Shown here: piece after piece, positions 34,814 through 45,507 of the stretch
Layout of the letters: the number at the start of each line of letters is the position of its first letter
How positions within the stretch are numbered: position 1 is the first letter of the stretch
Made by a program: the position numbers and the translations under genes
Source of the DNA: an uncultured bacterium
Lineage (GTDB): Bacteria; Abyssobacteria; SURF-5
Direction: 5' to 3'
Assembly (NCBI GenBank): GCA_964453435.1
Contig: CAYVQZ010000022.1
Location: 4,782 to 68,781, forward strand
DNA length: 64,000 nt
The notes under the pieces: model-generated
Told to the model about the DNA's origin: nothing
The model's input: the letters and a program-made list of their open reading frames with translations, nothing else
The model's database searches: none

Positions 34814-36739
34814 TCATCCGCTGCATTCGGCCGCGTTTCTCTTCTTCCACTCGTTCACAAGCTTGGCGTCGCCGGCGCGTTCTGCCCTGCGCATCTCTCT
34901 TTCACGTATCTCCGCAATCGCCGAGGCCAATTTGTCGTCTTTGTTCTCGACGTCACCGTAAACCGGTATCTCTTTCATTTGCTCCTTGATATTCTTCAGG
35001 CCCCGGTTCAATTCGGTCTTTCGCCTGTATAGCTCCGTGAGCAACTCGTGGTTGTTGGCTTTCTCGGCCTCCCGTATCTCTTTGAGCACATTCGCCAACG
35101 CCTCTTTTTTCTGATGACTCGCTATAAACGCGGTCCACCATTCGACGGGGTAGAAAGTTTCCGGACCCGCCTTATCAAAAACCAGACGCGAAAACATTCT
35201 CTGCGTGTCTTCATCCTGAATTCTGTCAAACAACGCATTCTCATTCGTTATGTCGGCGTTATCATCGAGAATCGTTTCAAGTATCTTTTTCAGAGCGTCG
35301 TTCCTGATAATCGTAAAATCCAGATTTTCGCGAACGATGCCTCGGTGCTCCGGACGCTCGAAAAGCATCCGAATCAGCCACATGCATTTTCTCTCATCGT
35401 GGCGAAGCTGGTTTTCCACACGGCGCGCTTCTACTTCTATTTTGTCCGTAAAACCGCTTTTTTGCGAGGCTTGGAGCAAAATTTCCGGCCGTATCTTCAG
35501 CCTGCTGGCCGCCAGCCTGAAATACTCCTCCCGCCTGATGGGGTCCGGAATTTTGGCGACCAGGGAAGCCAAAGTGTTTGCGGTTTTCACCTTGCTCTCA
35601 ATTTCATTCTCATCCCAGCCGGCGCGATCGCGCTCGACATAGAAATCCACGAACGTCATGGCTTTATCAACAAGAGCTCTAAATGACTGCTCCCCTTGAG
35701 CTTGGACAAATTCGTCGGGGTCCTTGCCCGATGGCAGGAAGACGAATTTGACACCCAAATCCTGAGCCAAAAGCACGTCGATGCCTCGGCCGGTCGCCGC
35801 TTTTCCGGCTGAATCGAAATCAAAAACAAACACCACGTCGGTCGTGTAACGCTTTAATAAACGAGCCTGCGATTGTGTGAAGGCTGTTCCCAGAGATGCA
35901 ACAACGTTGTCAATTCCGTTCAATACGAGCCGGATAACGTCGGTATATCCCTCGACCACAATCACAGGGTCATTATTCGACAAGTTCTTCTTTGCCCGAT
36001 TCAGGTTGTAAAGGGTCTGCCCTTTCTGATAGATGGGCGTCTCGGGCGAATTGATGTATTTTGGTTGATTTTCCTCGAGGGTTCTGCCTCCAAAGGCTAT
36101 CACCTTTCCGGTGAGCCCGTGAATGGGAAACATTACCCTGTTGCGGAAAGCGTCGTACAAGCCACCTTCCGAATTTTTCTTCACCAAACCTCCCGTCAGC
36201 AGCAACTCCTCCGAAAACCCTTTCTTCTTGGCCGCACAGAGAAAGGAATCCCATCCCGCCGGCGCATACCCGAGAGAGAACTCTTTGACCGCGTTACCGG
36301 CTAAGTTTCTTTTTTTCAAATAGTTGCGTGCATTTTCGGCATCGGGAGAGTTCAGCAAGGCGCCGTGATAAAAGCGGGTCGCAAAATCGTACAACCCGAA
36401 CAGGCTCTCCTTCAACCGTTCTTTTTCGGGAGCGCGGGATTCCTCTCGAACCTGGATTCCCAATCGGCCGGCGAGAAGCTTGACCGCCTCGCCAAAGGTC
36501 AGCCCCTCCTGCCGCATCAAGAACCCGAAGACATTGCCCCCGGCGCCGCACCCGAAACAATGGTACAGTTGTTTTCCGGGGCTTACGACGAAGGACGGTG
36601 TCTTTTCCTGGTGGAAGGGACAGCATGCCTTGAAATTCGACCCGGCCTTGGTTAAGGTGACGTATTCCGAAACCACCTGAACGATGTCGGCCTGGGAACG
36701 AACATATTCGATTGTATCAGGTGAAATGCCCTGTGCCAT
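34814..36739 (-). CDS. dnaG: DNA primase
   Basis: 641 aa. The zinc finger is CCPFHQEKTPSFVVSP...HCFGCG and the TOPRIM segment is VVVEGYTDV. Confidence 0.9.
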   Translation of the reverse strand: MAQGISPDTIEYVRSQADIVQVVSEYVTLTKAGSNFKACCPFHQEKTPSFVVSPGKQLYHCFGCGAGGNVFGFLMRQEGLTFGEAVKLLAGRLGIQVREESRAPEKERLKESLFGLYDFATRFYHGALLNSPDAENARNYLKKRNLAGNAVKEFSLGYAPAGWDSFLCAAKKKGFSEELLLTGGLVKKNSEGGLYDAFRNRVMFPIHGLTGKVIAFGGRTLEENQPKYINSPETPIYQKGQTLYNLNRAKKNLSNNDPVIVVEGYTDVIRLVLNGIDNVVASLGTAFTQSQARLLKRYTTDVVFVFDFDSAGKAATGRGIDVLLAQDLGVKFVFLPSGKDPDEFVQAQGEQSFRALVDKAMTFVDFYVERDRAGWDENEIESKVKTANTLASLVAKIPDPIRREEYFRLAASRLKIRPEILLQASQKSGFTDKIEVEARRVENQLRHDERKCMWLIRMLFERPEHRGIVRENLDFTIIRNDALKKILETILDDNADITNENALFDRIQDEDTQRMFSRLVFDKAGPETFYPVEWWTAFIASHQKKEALANVLKEIREAEKANNHELLTELYRRKTELNRGLKNIKEQMKEIPVYGDVENKDDKLASAIAEIREREMRRAERAGDAKLVNEWKKRNAAECSG

Positions 36740-36761
36740 ACCGTTGCTGCTATTATTGCTC

Positions 36762-37772
36762 CTATCGACCTTTTCCCGCTCTGATTCGTGACACGCGCGT
36801 GAAGCCCGAACACCCGTAAATTTCCAAATTCCCGTATTTTCGGCAGAGCGCGTCTAAGAAAAGATTCACTCCAAAGGAATCGCTGGCCATATGCCCGGCA
36901 ATGACAATGTTGACGTGTTGCTTTTTTGCCTCTTTCAGGTGTTCCTCGCCGATGTGCATGCCGACAATCGTGCCCACCCCGGCTTGCACGAGTTTCTCGA
37001 ATGCTTGCTTTGAGCCTCCCGTGCCGCCCGTCATGTCAACAAATATCTTGCCGACCCTGTTGCCCGGGCTTCCCGCCAGAATTCGCGGACCTGCGTTGTA
37101 TAAGGCCCGCTCGCGGTATTCCGGCAGTTCCAGCAGAAAATCGACTATTTCAGACAAAAAAACCGGCTTGAGCCGATCAAATTCTTTCTGCAGAAAACGG
37201 GTCACACCATTGTCTGCCGGCGTGTGAACGCATGCGAACGGTAAATCAAGCAAGCGGGCAGCGTCGACAGCGCGCGTATGATTTACGGGGAGAACCTTCC
37301 GCTCGACCTCCTTTATACGGTCTTCCAATATTCCTTCTGCAACATTTATCGGAACGCCAAACCTGTTCAGGATATCGGCCTGCATTTCCATGACCTCATA
37401 AAAATTGGCCATCGCCCTGCCTTCGGGATGATGGGCCAATATGAGGTCAACGGACTTTCCGTTATCGCGCAAACGGTCAGCGAGCAAAACCTCCCCGATT
37501 TCAAGATCGATACCAACAAGGAGCGACCCGACCGCGGCGCCGGGGTCGCCGAAAAGGATTCGCGTGTCGGCGTATGGATTCGTTAATTTCTCTTTGTCGA
37601 AAAGTTCTTTCTGCTTCTGGTCGAGCTTCTCGTAGTCTTTGCGTTGTTTCTGAAGGAAGGAATCGATGAATTTTTTGCCCCTCGGGTCATTGCGTATCCC
37701 CCAATCAACAGAGAAGTTATACAATTTTCCGAGGGTTAGGGAACCTTTTCCTTGCACATCGAATTCTACCAT
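36762..37772 (-). CDS. Nif3-like dinuclear metal centre protein
   Basis: 336 aa containing DLILAHHPEG and IVIAGHMASDSFG. Confidence 0.6.
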   Translation of the reverse strand: MVEFDVQGKGSLTLGKLYNFSVDWGIRNDPRGKKFIDSFLQKQRKDYEKLDQKQKELFDKEKLTNPYADTRILFGDPGAAVGSLLVGIDLEIGEVLLADRLRDNGKSVDLILAHHPEGRAMANFYEVMEMQADILNRFGVPINVAEGILEDRIKEVERKVLPVNHTRAVDAARLLDLPFACVHTPADNGVTRFLQKEFDRLKPVFLSEIVDFLLELPEYRERALYNAGPRILAGSPGNRVGKIFVDMTGGTGGSKQAFEKLVQAGVGTIVGMHIGEEHLKEAKKQHVNIVIAGHMASDSFGVNLFLDALCRKYGNLEIYGCSGFTRVSRIRAGKGR

Positions 37773-37820
37773 AAAATCGGCTTTTTGTCAAACAGACCGG
37801 CCGGTATGTTTTTAATATTA

Positions 37821-38165
37821 TTAACCTGGAGGCCAACTTAATTTGCGGCCCCCGAGCAAATGGGCATGGAGATGGAATATCGACTGGCCACCGTCTTTGT
37901 TACAATTTATTACAATCCGGTAGCCTTTCTCGGTCAGGCTCTCGTTTTCGGCAAGTTGACGGCAGGCGAGCAGAAGACCCGAGAGCAGTCCCGTATCGGT
38001 TTCCTTAACATCGTTAAACGTTGCCACATGGTTCCTGGGGACCACCAGAATATGGGTGGGCGCTTGTGGCTGGGTGTCGCGAAAACCCACAAATGATTCG
38101 CTTTGATACACAATGTCAGATTTGATTTCTCCGGTTGCTATTTTGCAGAAAATGCATTCCGCCAT
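37821..38165 (-). CDS. HIT-family nucleotide hydrolase/transferase
   Basis: From ORF 37821..38201, trimmed to ATG 38165 (MAECIFCKI...) with a GGAGG SD. The histidine triad is HLHAHLLGG. Confidence 0.85.
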   Translation of the reverse strand: MAECIFCKIATGEIKSDIVYQSESFVGFRDTQPQAPTHILVVPRNHVATFNDVKETDTGLLSGLLLACRQLAENESLTEKGYRIVINCNKDGGQSIFHLHAHLLGGRKLSWPPG

Positions 38166-38187
38166 CGCGCATACCTCCTTGTCTCGG

Positions 38188-39495
38188 TTATTCAATTGCA
38201 TTTGCTATTGCCATGCCCGATTCTTCGTCCACTTTGATTATGCGAGCCAGGAAAATGGTGTTTAACCGGTCCGGGGAAGTATCGAGCACTTTGACTCGAA
38301 TATAGTTTGAAGTCACTCCCGTGCAGGATGTTCCGTTTCCTGCACAGGTTTCGGCGAGAACGGCAAGCGTCTTTCCAATGAATCGACGTTTATAGTTTTG
38401 CGATGCGCGTTCACCGATTCCGAGCAATTGCCTGGCGCGTGAACTGCTGGTTGCAGATGGAACGGGGGGTTGCATCGTTGCAGCTCGGGTACCCGGCCGC
38501 GGCGAGTAACGAAAGACGTGAACCTTTGCGAATTCAAGTTCGCTTACCGCATCGCACGTGTGTTGAAATTCTTCTTCACCTTCTCCGGGGAAACCGACGA
38601 TGACGTCCGTTGTCACGCCAACCCCGGGAATCCTTCGCCTGATTTCACCAACTCTCCGAAGGAAACCATCACGTGAATACTTACGCCCCATTTTTTGCAG
38701 TATTATCTCGTCGCCGCTTTGAAGCGGAACATGAAGATGGTGGCAAAGCCTTTGTGACCGGGCAATAAATTCGAGCAGCTCGTCCGAAATCTCATTGATT
38801 TCGATGGAACTCAGCCTAATTCGCTCGATTCCGCACTCGCGCTCCGCCCGCTCGAGAAGCGCGAGCAGCGAGTCTCGACTGGATTCGCGTCCGTAGAAGC
38901 CGAGATGGATGCCCGTGAGCACGACTTCCTTGTATCCTTTGGCAGCCAGATTGTTGATTGCGGCAATGATTTTGTCTGGTTTCTCGCTCCAGAGTTTCGG
39001 GCGAACGAGCGGAACAATGCAATACGAGCAGAAGCAATCGCAGCCGTCCTGTATCTTCAAGAACGCCCTGGTATGTTCGGCGAAGTATGACTGCCCGGCC
39101 GTCATCCGCGCGCCAGCCCCATGCATGAGGCCGGCTTGGGCCAGAAAGGAGGCGAGAGCGGAGAAATCGCGGGGCTGCGCCACGATGTCGGCGCCCGGAA
39201 TTGACCCGGAAGACCCGATTGTTTCGCTCGCATGACAGCCCGTGACGACGATTGCGGCCCCGGGGTTTTCCCGTTTCGCCCTGCGGAGCGCCTTGCGAAA
39301 CTTGGCGGCGGCGGCGGCGGTCACGGTGCAGGTGTTTATGACAATCAGGTCAGGGCGGCGGTCGCTGTTCTCGCCCGTCGGCGGCGTCGAAGGCAAGGCT
39401 TCCATGAGTCCCCATCCCCGAAGGGTTTCGCGAAGTATCTGGGAATCGCACTGATTGACCTTGCATCCGAATGTCAGTATGCGAAACGATGCCAC
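38188..39495 (-). CDS. mtaB: tRNA t6A37 methylthiotransferase (MiaB-like radical SAM, MtaB type)
   Basis: 435 aa with a GTG start. Contains TFGCKVNQCDS and QDGCDCFCSYCIVP. Confidence 0.8.
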   Translation of the reverse strand: MASFRILTFGCKVNQCDSQILRETLRGWGLMEALPSTPPTGENSDRRPDLIVINTCTVTAAAAAKFRKALRRAKRENPGAAIVVTGCHASETIGSSGSIPGADIVAQPRDFSALASFLAQAGLMHGAGARMTAGQSYFAEHTRAFLKIQDGCDCFCSYCIVPLVRPKLWSEKPDKIIAAINNLAAKGYKEVVLTGIHLGFYGRESSRDSLLALLERAERECGIERIRLSSIEINEISDELLEFIARSQRLCHHLHVPLQSGDEIILQKMGRKYSRDGFLRRVGEIRRRIPGVGVTTDVIVGFPGEGEEEFQHTCDAVSELEFAKVHVFRYSPRPGTRAATMQPPVPSATSSSRARQLLGIGERASQNYKRRFIGKTLAVLAETCAGNGTSCTGVTSNYIRVKVLDTSPDRLNTIFLARIIKVDEESGMAIANAIE

Positions 39496-39498
39496 TTG

Positions 39499-40245
39499 CT
39501 AGATTTCTCCCAATTCGTACAGGACGAGCGCCGCGGCGACGATTGCGGCCGTCTCCGTTCGGAGAATAGTGCGACCGAGGGAAAAGGCCGGAACTCCTGC
39601 GTCCACAAGAAGTTTTGCCTCTTCAGGTGACAGACCCCCCTCGGGGCCGACTATAACAGCGACAGATGGTTTCTCGCTACAATCGCGTAACAAATGGTGA
39701 AGGCTTTCGCCTCGGCCCTTCTCGTCCGCCACAAGCAACTTGGTGTGTTGAGCGAGTTCTTTCGCCGCTCCTTCCAGTTCCGGATAAAGCATTATTTCCG
39801 GGATATCGCTGCGTCCGCATTGTTTCGCCGCGGCCTCGGCTATTCGCCGCAACCGGTCAAGCCGGTTGTGCATTCTCTCGTAGGCATTGCCGTATGAGGA
39901 GAACCGCATGGGAACGAACACGATTTTGCTGACACCCAGTTCCGTCAGTTTTTGAGTGACCAAATCGGCCTTTGGCAATCGCGGGATACCCTGGACAACC
40001 ATGACGTCCGCTTTCTTCGGACCGGGAGAAGGCGCACTCCGTGAAATGCGAGCGACAACCCCGTCTTCGGTCACTCGTTCCACCTCGGCCGTGTATCGGT
40101 TTTGATTTTCGTCAACGAGTCGTATGGCGCTTCCTTTCTTGAGACGCAGAACAATCCGTCCATGGCGTGCGTCGTCGCCCACTATCGTGACAAGCTTATG
40201 GGAATCGATTTGGGACTGTCTGATGAAAAACTGTGGGATAGTCAT
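39499..40245 (-). CDS. rsmE: 16S rRNA (uracil1498-N3)-methyltransferase
   Basis: 248 aa with the PUA-like N-terminus FFIRQSQI...HGRIVLRLKKGS and the SPOUT C-terminus VIVGPEGGLSPEE...SLG..ILRTETA. Confidence 0.85.
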   Translation of the reverse strand: MTIPQFFIRQSQIDSHKLVTIVGDDARHGRIVLRLKKGSAIRLVDENQNRYTAEVERVTEDGVVARISRSAPSPGPKKADVMVVQGIPRLPKADLVTQKLTELGVSKIVFVPMRFSSYGNAYERMHNRLDRLRRIAEAAAKQCGRSDIPEIMLYPELEGAAKELAQHTKLLVADEKGRGESLHHLLRDCSEKPSVAVIVGPEGGLSPEEAKLLVDAGVPAFSLGRTILRTETAAIVAAALVLYELGEI

Positions 40246-40275
40246 CAGGGAGCACTCGCACGGTTGGAGATTCCG

Positions 40276-41382
40276 TTATGCGCCAAAAACTTCCTTAAAT
40301 TTGTCCAGGAACTTCTTGGTGAGCGGGTGCGCTTCGTTGCCGCTGATTCTGGCAAATTCTTCGAGCAACTCTTTTTGACGGTCGTTCAACCTGGCCGGCG
40401 TTTCAATGATGACACGGACCAGCAGGTCTCCCCTCCCGTGGCCACGTATATGAGGCATGCCCTTGTGTTTGATCCGGAAAACTTTGTGGGTCTGCGTGCC
40501 CGGCGGAATTTTCAGCGTCACTTTCCCATCGAGAGTCGGCACCTCAAGCTGCGTGCCGAGCGCCGCTTGAGGAAACGAGATGGGCACGTTGCATGTGAGG
40601 TCGCTGTCCTCGCGATGAAAGAAGTCGTGCGGCAGGACTTTGACAAGAATATAGAGGTCCCCGGGCGTGCCGCCGCTGATTCCTGCCTCGCCCTCTCCGC
40701 GATACCGGATACGGGAGCTCGAATCGACGCCGGGCGGGATGCTTACCCGCAGTTTTCTCTGATTGCGAACCCGGCCCTCGCCCTTGCAGGCCTTGCACGG
40801 ATTCTCAATGACGGTTCCCAGGCCGACGCAGCGATGACAGGTGCGTGTGATGCTGAAGAAGCCTTGCGTTTGCCTCAGTCTCCCGGCGCCTCGACAGACG
40901 GGGCAGGTCGCTCGCGAGGTTCCCGCCGATGAGCCGGCGCCGTGACATTCCTCACAGGTTTCCATTCGGGCGACGTTGATTTCTCTGTCCACACCTTCGT
41001 ATGCTTCCTCGAGGGTGACCTCGAATTCATATGCTATGTCGTCCCCCCGTTGCGCCTGCGTGCGTCGCCTGGTGGTTGTGCCGCCGAAGAAGTCTTCGAA
41101 AATGTCCCCGAAAATGTCGCCAAAAGAGCCGAATCCGGAGAAATCACGGAAACCGCCACCGACACCGGCGTGACCGAACTGGTCGTAGGTGGCGCGCTTC
41201 TCGGGGTCTATCAGAACGGCATACGCCTCGGAGATTTCTTTGAACCTTTCTTCTGACTCCTTGTTTCCGCGCGTGCGGTCGGGATGGTGCTCCATCGCGA
41301 GCTTGCGATAGGCTTTCCTTACCTCATTTTCTGAGGCGTCGCGAGATACCCCGAGGATGTCATAATAATCGCGTTTACCCAT
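40276..41382 (-). CDS. dnaJ: Molecular chaperone DnaJ
   Basis: 368 aa. The J domain reads DYYDILGV...HPD, followed by a G/F region and four CxxCxGxG zinc repeats. Confidence 0.95.
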   Translation of the reverse strand: MGKRDYYDILGVSRDASENEVRKAYRKLAMEHHPDRTRGNKESEERFKEISEAYAVLIDPEKRATYDQFGHAGVGGGFRDFSGFGSFGDIFGDIFEDFFGGTTTRRRTQAQRGDDIAYEFEVTLEEAYEGVDREINVARMETCEECHGAGSSAGTSRATCPVCRGAGRLRQTQGFFSITRTCHRCVGLGTVIENPCKACKGEGRVRNQRKLRVSIPPGVDSSSRIRYRGEGEAGISGGTPGDLYILVKVLPHDFFHREDSDLTCNVPISFPQAALGTQLEVPTLDGKVTLKIPPGTQTHKVFRIKHKGMPHIRGHGRGDLLVRVIIETPARLNDRQKELLEEFARISGNEAHPLTKKFLDKFKEVFGA

Positions 41383-41455
41383 GCTGACTTAAAATCGACT
41401 TTCCCCCTGTTGTCCTGACCGTTTAGGCTGGCGCCGGAAAAAAACGTGTCCCGAG

Positions 41456-43375
41456 TCAGTTCTTCGGCTCTTCTTCGTCAACGACCTCGTAATCGGCATC
41501 GGCGACATTTGCCTCGCCTTCCTGCGCAGTCTCTCCTTCGGTCTGCGTTTGAGCCCCGCCTTCCGCTCCAGGCTGTTGCGCCTGCTCGTAAAGACGTTGG
41601 GCAAACTCATGGGAGACGGATGTGAGTTCCTCCATCGCTCGTTCGATTGCTCCGATATCTTCTCCGCTCATTGCCTGGCGCACCTTGTCGATTGTGGCGT
41701 TTGTTCGGTTCCGCTCGTCTTCGCTCACCTTGTCGCCCAGGTCCTTCAGCGTTTTCTCCGTGCTGTAGACAAGGGAATCCGCCTGATTCCGGGTCTCGGC
41801 CAGTTTGCGGCGGCGTTTATCTTCCTCGGCGTGTGATTCGGCCTCCGTGACCATTTTCTCGATTTCTTGTTCGGAAAGCCCGCTCGACGCCTCGATCCGG
41901 ATTTTCTGTTCCTTGCCCGTTCCGAGGTCTTTGGCCGACACGTGCACGATTCCGTTCGCGTCGATGTCGAACGTCACCTCGATCTGGGGAATTCCGCGGG
42001 GGGCGGGGGGGATTCCCAGCAGATCGAACCGCCCAAGCGTGCGGTTATCGGACGCCATCTCCCGCTCGCCCTGCAAAACATGGATACTGACCGCCGTCTG
42101 ACCATCCGCCGCCGTGGAGAATATCTGGCTTTTCCGCGTGGGGATGGTAGTGTTCTTGGGTATCAACTTCGTGCAAATGCCGCCGAGTGTTTCTATGCCG
42201 AGGGAAAGCGGAGTTACATCGAGCAGGAGCACGTCCTTCACATCGCCCGAAAGCACGCCCGCCTGTATGGCCGCGCCGATCGCGACGACTTCATCGGGAT
42301 TCACGCCCTTATGAGGCTCCTTGCCGAACAGGTTCCTCACAAGGGATTGAACCGCAGGCATGCGGGTTTGGCCGCCGACCAGAATGACTTCGTCGATATC
42401 GTCCGGAGAAATCCTTGCGTCCCGCAGCGCCGTGAGACATGGCTGCCTGGTGCGCTCGATCAGGTCGTCCACGAGTTGTTCCAGCTTGGCGCGGCTCAGC
42501 GTCATGTTCAAGTGTTTGGGACCGGAAGCGTCGGCGGTGATAAAAGGAAGGTTGATATCCGTTGTCTGCGAGGTCGAAAGTTCACATTTCGCTTTTTCGG
42601 CGGCCTCTTTCAATCGTTGCAGGGCCATACGGTCAGCGCGGAGGTCGATCCCCTGTTCTCTCTTGAATTCGTCTGCGAGCCAGTCGATGATCCTCTGGTC
42701 GAAGTCATCTCCCCCGAGATGCGTGTCGCCGTTTGTGGCTTTGACCTCGAAGACGCCCTCGCCGAGTTCGAGGATGGAGATGTCAAATGTTCCTCCGCCC
42801 AGGTCGTAGACGGCTATTTTCTCGTCCTTTTTCTTGTCGAGACCGTAGGCGAGGGAGGCGGCGGTCGGTTCGTTTATTATCCGGAGAACCTCCAGTCCGG
42901 CAATCCGGCCCGCGTCTTTCGTCGCTTGTCGTTGGGCATCGTTAAAGTATGCGGGAACCGTGATGACGGCCTGGCTCACTTTCTCCCCGCTATAGTCTTC
43001 AACCGTTTCTCTCATTTTCTGGAGGATCATCGCCGATATCTCTGGAGGATTCATCGTCTTTCCGCCAACATCGACGACGACGTTGTCGCCGTCTCCCGAT
43101 TTCACCTCATAGGGCACGAGTTTTTCTTCGGTGAGAACCTCGTTGTGTCTCCGACCCATGAATCGCTTGATGGAGAAAACGGTGTTTTCGGGATTCGTGA
43201 TCGCCTGCCGTTTGGCCACCGTGCCGACAAGCCGCTCGCCCCCCTTCGTAAAAGCCACTACGGAGGGGGTGGTTCGCCCGCCCTCCGCGTTTGGCACGAC
43301 AGTCGGTTCGCTCCCCTCCATGATTGCGACACACGAGTTTGTGGTTCCCAGATCGACACCTATTACCTTACCCAT
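41456..43375 (-). CDS. dnaK: Molecular chaperone DnaK (Hsp70)
   Basis: From ORF 41456..43384, trimmed to ATG 43375 ([14 protein letters not shown]...). Contains DLGGGTFD. Carries the long form of the N-terminal insert ([33 protein letters not shown]). Confidence 0.97.
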   Translation of the reverse strand: MGKVIGVDLGTTNSCVAIMEGSEPTVVPNAEGGRTTPSVVAFTKGGERLVGTVAKRQAITNPENTVFSIKRFMGRRHNEVLTEEKLVPYEVKSGDGDNVVVDVGGKTMNPPEISAMILQKMRETVEDYSGEKVSQAVITVPAYFNDAQRQATKDAGRIAGLEVLRIINEPTAASLAYGLDKKKDEKIAVYDLGGGTFDISILELGEGVFEVKATNGDTHLGGDDFDQRIIDWLADEFKREQGIDLRADRMALQRLKEAAEKAKCELSTSQTTDINLPFITADASGPKHLNMTLSRAKLEQLVDDLIERTRQPCLTALRDARISPDDIDEVILVGGQTRMPAVQSLVRNLFGKEPHKGVNPDEVVAIGAAIQAGVLSGDVKDVLLLDVTPLSLGIETLGGICTKLIPKNTTIPTRKSQIFSTAADGQTAVSIHVLQGEREMASDNRTLGRFDLLGIPPAPRGIPQIEVTFDIDANGIVHVSAKDLGTGKEQKIRIEASSGLSEQEIEKMVTEAESHAEEDKRRRKLAETRNQADSLVYSTEKTLKDLGDKVSEDERNRTNATIDKVRQAMSGEDIGAIERAMEELTSVSHEFAQRLYEQAQQPGAEGGAQTQTEGETAQEGEANVADADYEVVDEEEPKN

Positions 43376-43484
43376 TCGCCACAATGCCTCCGCTTTCCGT
43401 TCCCGTTTGTCCGAGATGTTCGCCCGCCGCTGGTTTCATTATCAGTAAACGTTTCCCTGTCCCTCTCCGCAGCAGACGCAAGGC

Positions 43485-44165
43485 TTATTCGTCCCCTCCG
43501 GATGAGCCTTCGTCCTCATGCACGTGCTCGTGAGTGCCGACGGTCACCTGGGCCGGCCTCAGCACTTTGTCATGCAGATAATATCCTTTCCGGATTTCAT
43601 CCACGACCGACCCCTCGGGCTTGTTCGGAGCATACACCCGCAACAGCGCGTCGTGCTTATTGGGATCGAATGGATGGCCCACGCTCTCGATGGGCCGAAC
43701 GCCGAGCTTCTCGAGGACATCGCGAAACTGGCCGAGGATCATGTCCACTCCCTCGCGGAGCTGGGAGTTCGAATCACCATGCGTGCGTGCCGACTCCACC
43801 GCTCGTTCCAGATTGTCAACAACGGGAAGAAGTTCCTCGACAGCCCTCTCGGCTCCGTATTTCAGAAGGTTGGCCTGGTCTTTCTGAACCCGCTTCCGGT
43901 AATTGTCAAAGTCGGCCTGGGTCCGAAGCAGGCGGTCGTAATACTCGTCCCTTTCCCGGGCCAGCCTAGCTGCTTCCTCGGGCGTTATGGAAAACGCTTC
44001 GCCGGAATTGGGTTCAACCGCTTCAGGGATTGGCCCGGTTTCCTCCGGCTCGCCTTCAAACGCAGCATCCGCCTGCTCATTTCGGTCAGAGACTTCTCCC
44101 TCGGTTGCTTCCGCAGGGGCTCTCGTTTGGTCTTTCTTGTATTTCTGGTCTTTCTTCCTGGACAT
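43485..44165 (-). CDS. grpE: Nucleotide exchange factor GrpE
   Basis: 226 aa containing RTQADFDNYRKR and GYYLHDKVLRPAQV. Confidence 0.9.
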   Translation of the reverse strand: MSRKKDQKYKKDQTRAPAEATEGEVSDRNEQADAAFEGEPEETGPIPEAVEPNSGEAFSITPEEAARLARERDEYYDRLLRTQADFDNYRKRVQKDQANLLKYGAERAVEELLPVVDNLERAVESARTHGDSNSQLREGVDMILGQFRDVLEKLGVRPIESVGHPFDPNKHDALLRVYAPNKPEGSVVDEIRKGYYLHDKVLRPAQVTVGTHEHVHEDEGSSGGDE

Positions 44166-45245
44166 TTATTCGCCTCCGCTCAGTTCTGTCAAAACACAGC
44201 CGAGCTTGGCGGCTACGAACGCCACGAGAGAGGATGTTCGTGAATATTGCATCCTCGTCGGTCCGATCACCCCAATCGCTCCCATCGTTTTTCCGGCAAT
44301 TTGGTAAGGTGAGACCACGATACTGCAGTTTCGCACATCATCTAATTGATTCTCCGACCCGATCCGGATGCACACGCCGGTCGGCCCGTCGGTGACAATA
44401 CAACTCTCAAGCAATTCGTTCACTTGCCCCTTCTCGTCAAGCACCCTCAGGACCGGCCGCAGTTGGTCAAGACTCTGAAACTCGGGATGGTCAAATATTT
44501 TCTCCATTCCGTTGAGAAACACCGCCCGCTTCGGTTCCTCAAAAAGTACTCCTCGAAACACTTGATGGGCGAGAGCCGCCAATCGTTCGTCGAGGGGGTC
44601 TGTTGAATCGCCGAAGGGCTCAACGGAATCAAGCAGCGAGCTTATCGCCGTGACGGAGAGCGCAAACAGATTGTCATTTAGAAACGTTGTCAACTGTTCC
44701 AAAATTGACTCCGGCGTGCCCGCCGGCAAAATCGAAACGCTTGTTCGCACATCTCCCACATTGGTCACAAGAACCGCCAACACCTTGTTGTTCGACAGAG
44801 GAACGACTTCAAGGCGCCGAATGGTTTCCGTGTCCATTTTCGGCTCCTGAACGACGGCCGTGTAAGAGGTCAGAAAGGAGAGCACTTTTGACGAGAGAGC
44901 CATCAGGTCCTCTATTTGCTTGATCTCCGCACGATATTGCTCTTCCACACGCACTTGGTCCTGGCGATCCACCGCGCGCACTTCCATAAGGGTGTCAACA
45001 TAAAACCTGTAGCCTAAATCGGTTGGTACACGGCCCGCCGAGGTGTGAGGCTGTCGCACGTACCCCATTTCTTCGAGGTCGGCCATCGCGTTTCGGACGG
45101 TGGCGGGGCTGAGCGTCGAGCCCATCTTCTTCGCGACGGTGCGCGACCCAACTGCCTCTGCAGTTGTAATATAAGTGTTTATAATGGCTTGCAAAATTCT
45201 CCGCTGTCTTTCCGCCAAGGATGAACTTTTTTCCATCGTATCCAT
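44166..45245 (-). CDS. hrcA: Heat-inducible transcription repressor HrcA
   Basis: 359 aa with the winged-helix N-terminus AERQRRILQAIINTYITTAEAVGSRTVAKK...SPATVRNAMADLEEMGYV. Position 44166 is the last base of the hrcA stop codon and lies immediately adjacent to the grpE ATG (44163-44165). Confidence 0.9.
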   Translation of the reverse strand: MDTMEKSSSLAERQRRILQAIINTYITTAEAVGSRTVAKKMGSTLSPATVRNAMADLEEMGYVRQPHTSAGRVPTDLGYRFYVDTLMEVRAVDRQDQVRVEEQYRAEIKQIEDLMALSSKVLSFLTSYTAVVQEPKMDTETIRRLEVVPLSNNKVLAVLVTNVGDVRTSVSILPAGTPESILEQLTTFLNDNLFALSVTAISSLLDSVEPFGDSTDPLDERLAALAHQVFRGVLFEEPKRAVFLNGMEKIFDHPEFQSLDQLRPVLRVLDEKGQVNELLESCIVTDGPTGVCIRIGSENQLDDVRNCSIVVSPYQIAGKTMGAIGVIGPTRMQYSRTSSLVAFVAAKLGCVLTELSGGE

Positions 45246-45254
45246 CCGCCGTTA

Positions 45255-45281
45255 TTGGCACTCGCCAACCCAGAGTGCTAA
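45255..45281 (-). promoter_or_regulatory. CIRCE operator (HrcA binding site)
   Basis: TTGGCACTC-gccaaccca-GAGTGCTAA matches the consensus TTAGCACTC-N9-GAGTGCTAA with 1 mismatch. It lies between the predicted -10 and the hrcA ATG. Confidence 0.85.
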
Positions 45282-45291
45282 GCTTCACAAA

Positions 45292-45321
45292 AGTTTATCA
45301 GAATCCCAAATATTTTGTCAA
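45292..45321 (-). promoter_or_regulatory. Sigma-70-type promoter of the hrcA-grpE-dnaK-dnaJ unit
   Basis: Minus strand reads TTGACA (45321-45316), an 18-nt spacer, then TAAACT (45297-45292). CIRCE starts 10 nt downstream. Confidence 0.55.
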
Positions 45322-45507
45322 GAGACCCAAATGGCGCACAAACCGCCTGAAACCAAGTTTTTCCGATATCATGTGCGCCGCCAGGATCGTGCCCAACCTC
45401 ACGGGTACTCTCTTGCTGAGCTTTCGCGTCAGCGACGCGAGGAAGGATTACCTGAGGAGACACGGACGCGAGCAGAAATGAGACCGGAGGAAGGATGCTC
45501 GAAATCC

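Noticed and set aside
41867-43969. Very long antisense ORFs. Examples: 41867..43969 (+, 700 aa), 1233..2780 (+), 12183..13460 (+), 24988..26346 (+), 27496..28545 (+), 59738..61282 (-), 31032..31988 (-), 56685..57713 (+), 4282..5436 (+).
   Set aside because: Each lies opposite a gene with unmistakable conserved motifs (dnaK, apgM, ftsH, tilS, ligA and others). Their translations are Arg/Ser/Pro/Gly-rich low-complexity sequence typical of shadow ORFs in GC-rich DNA.
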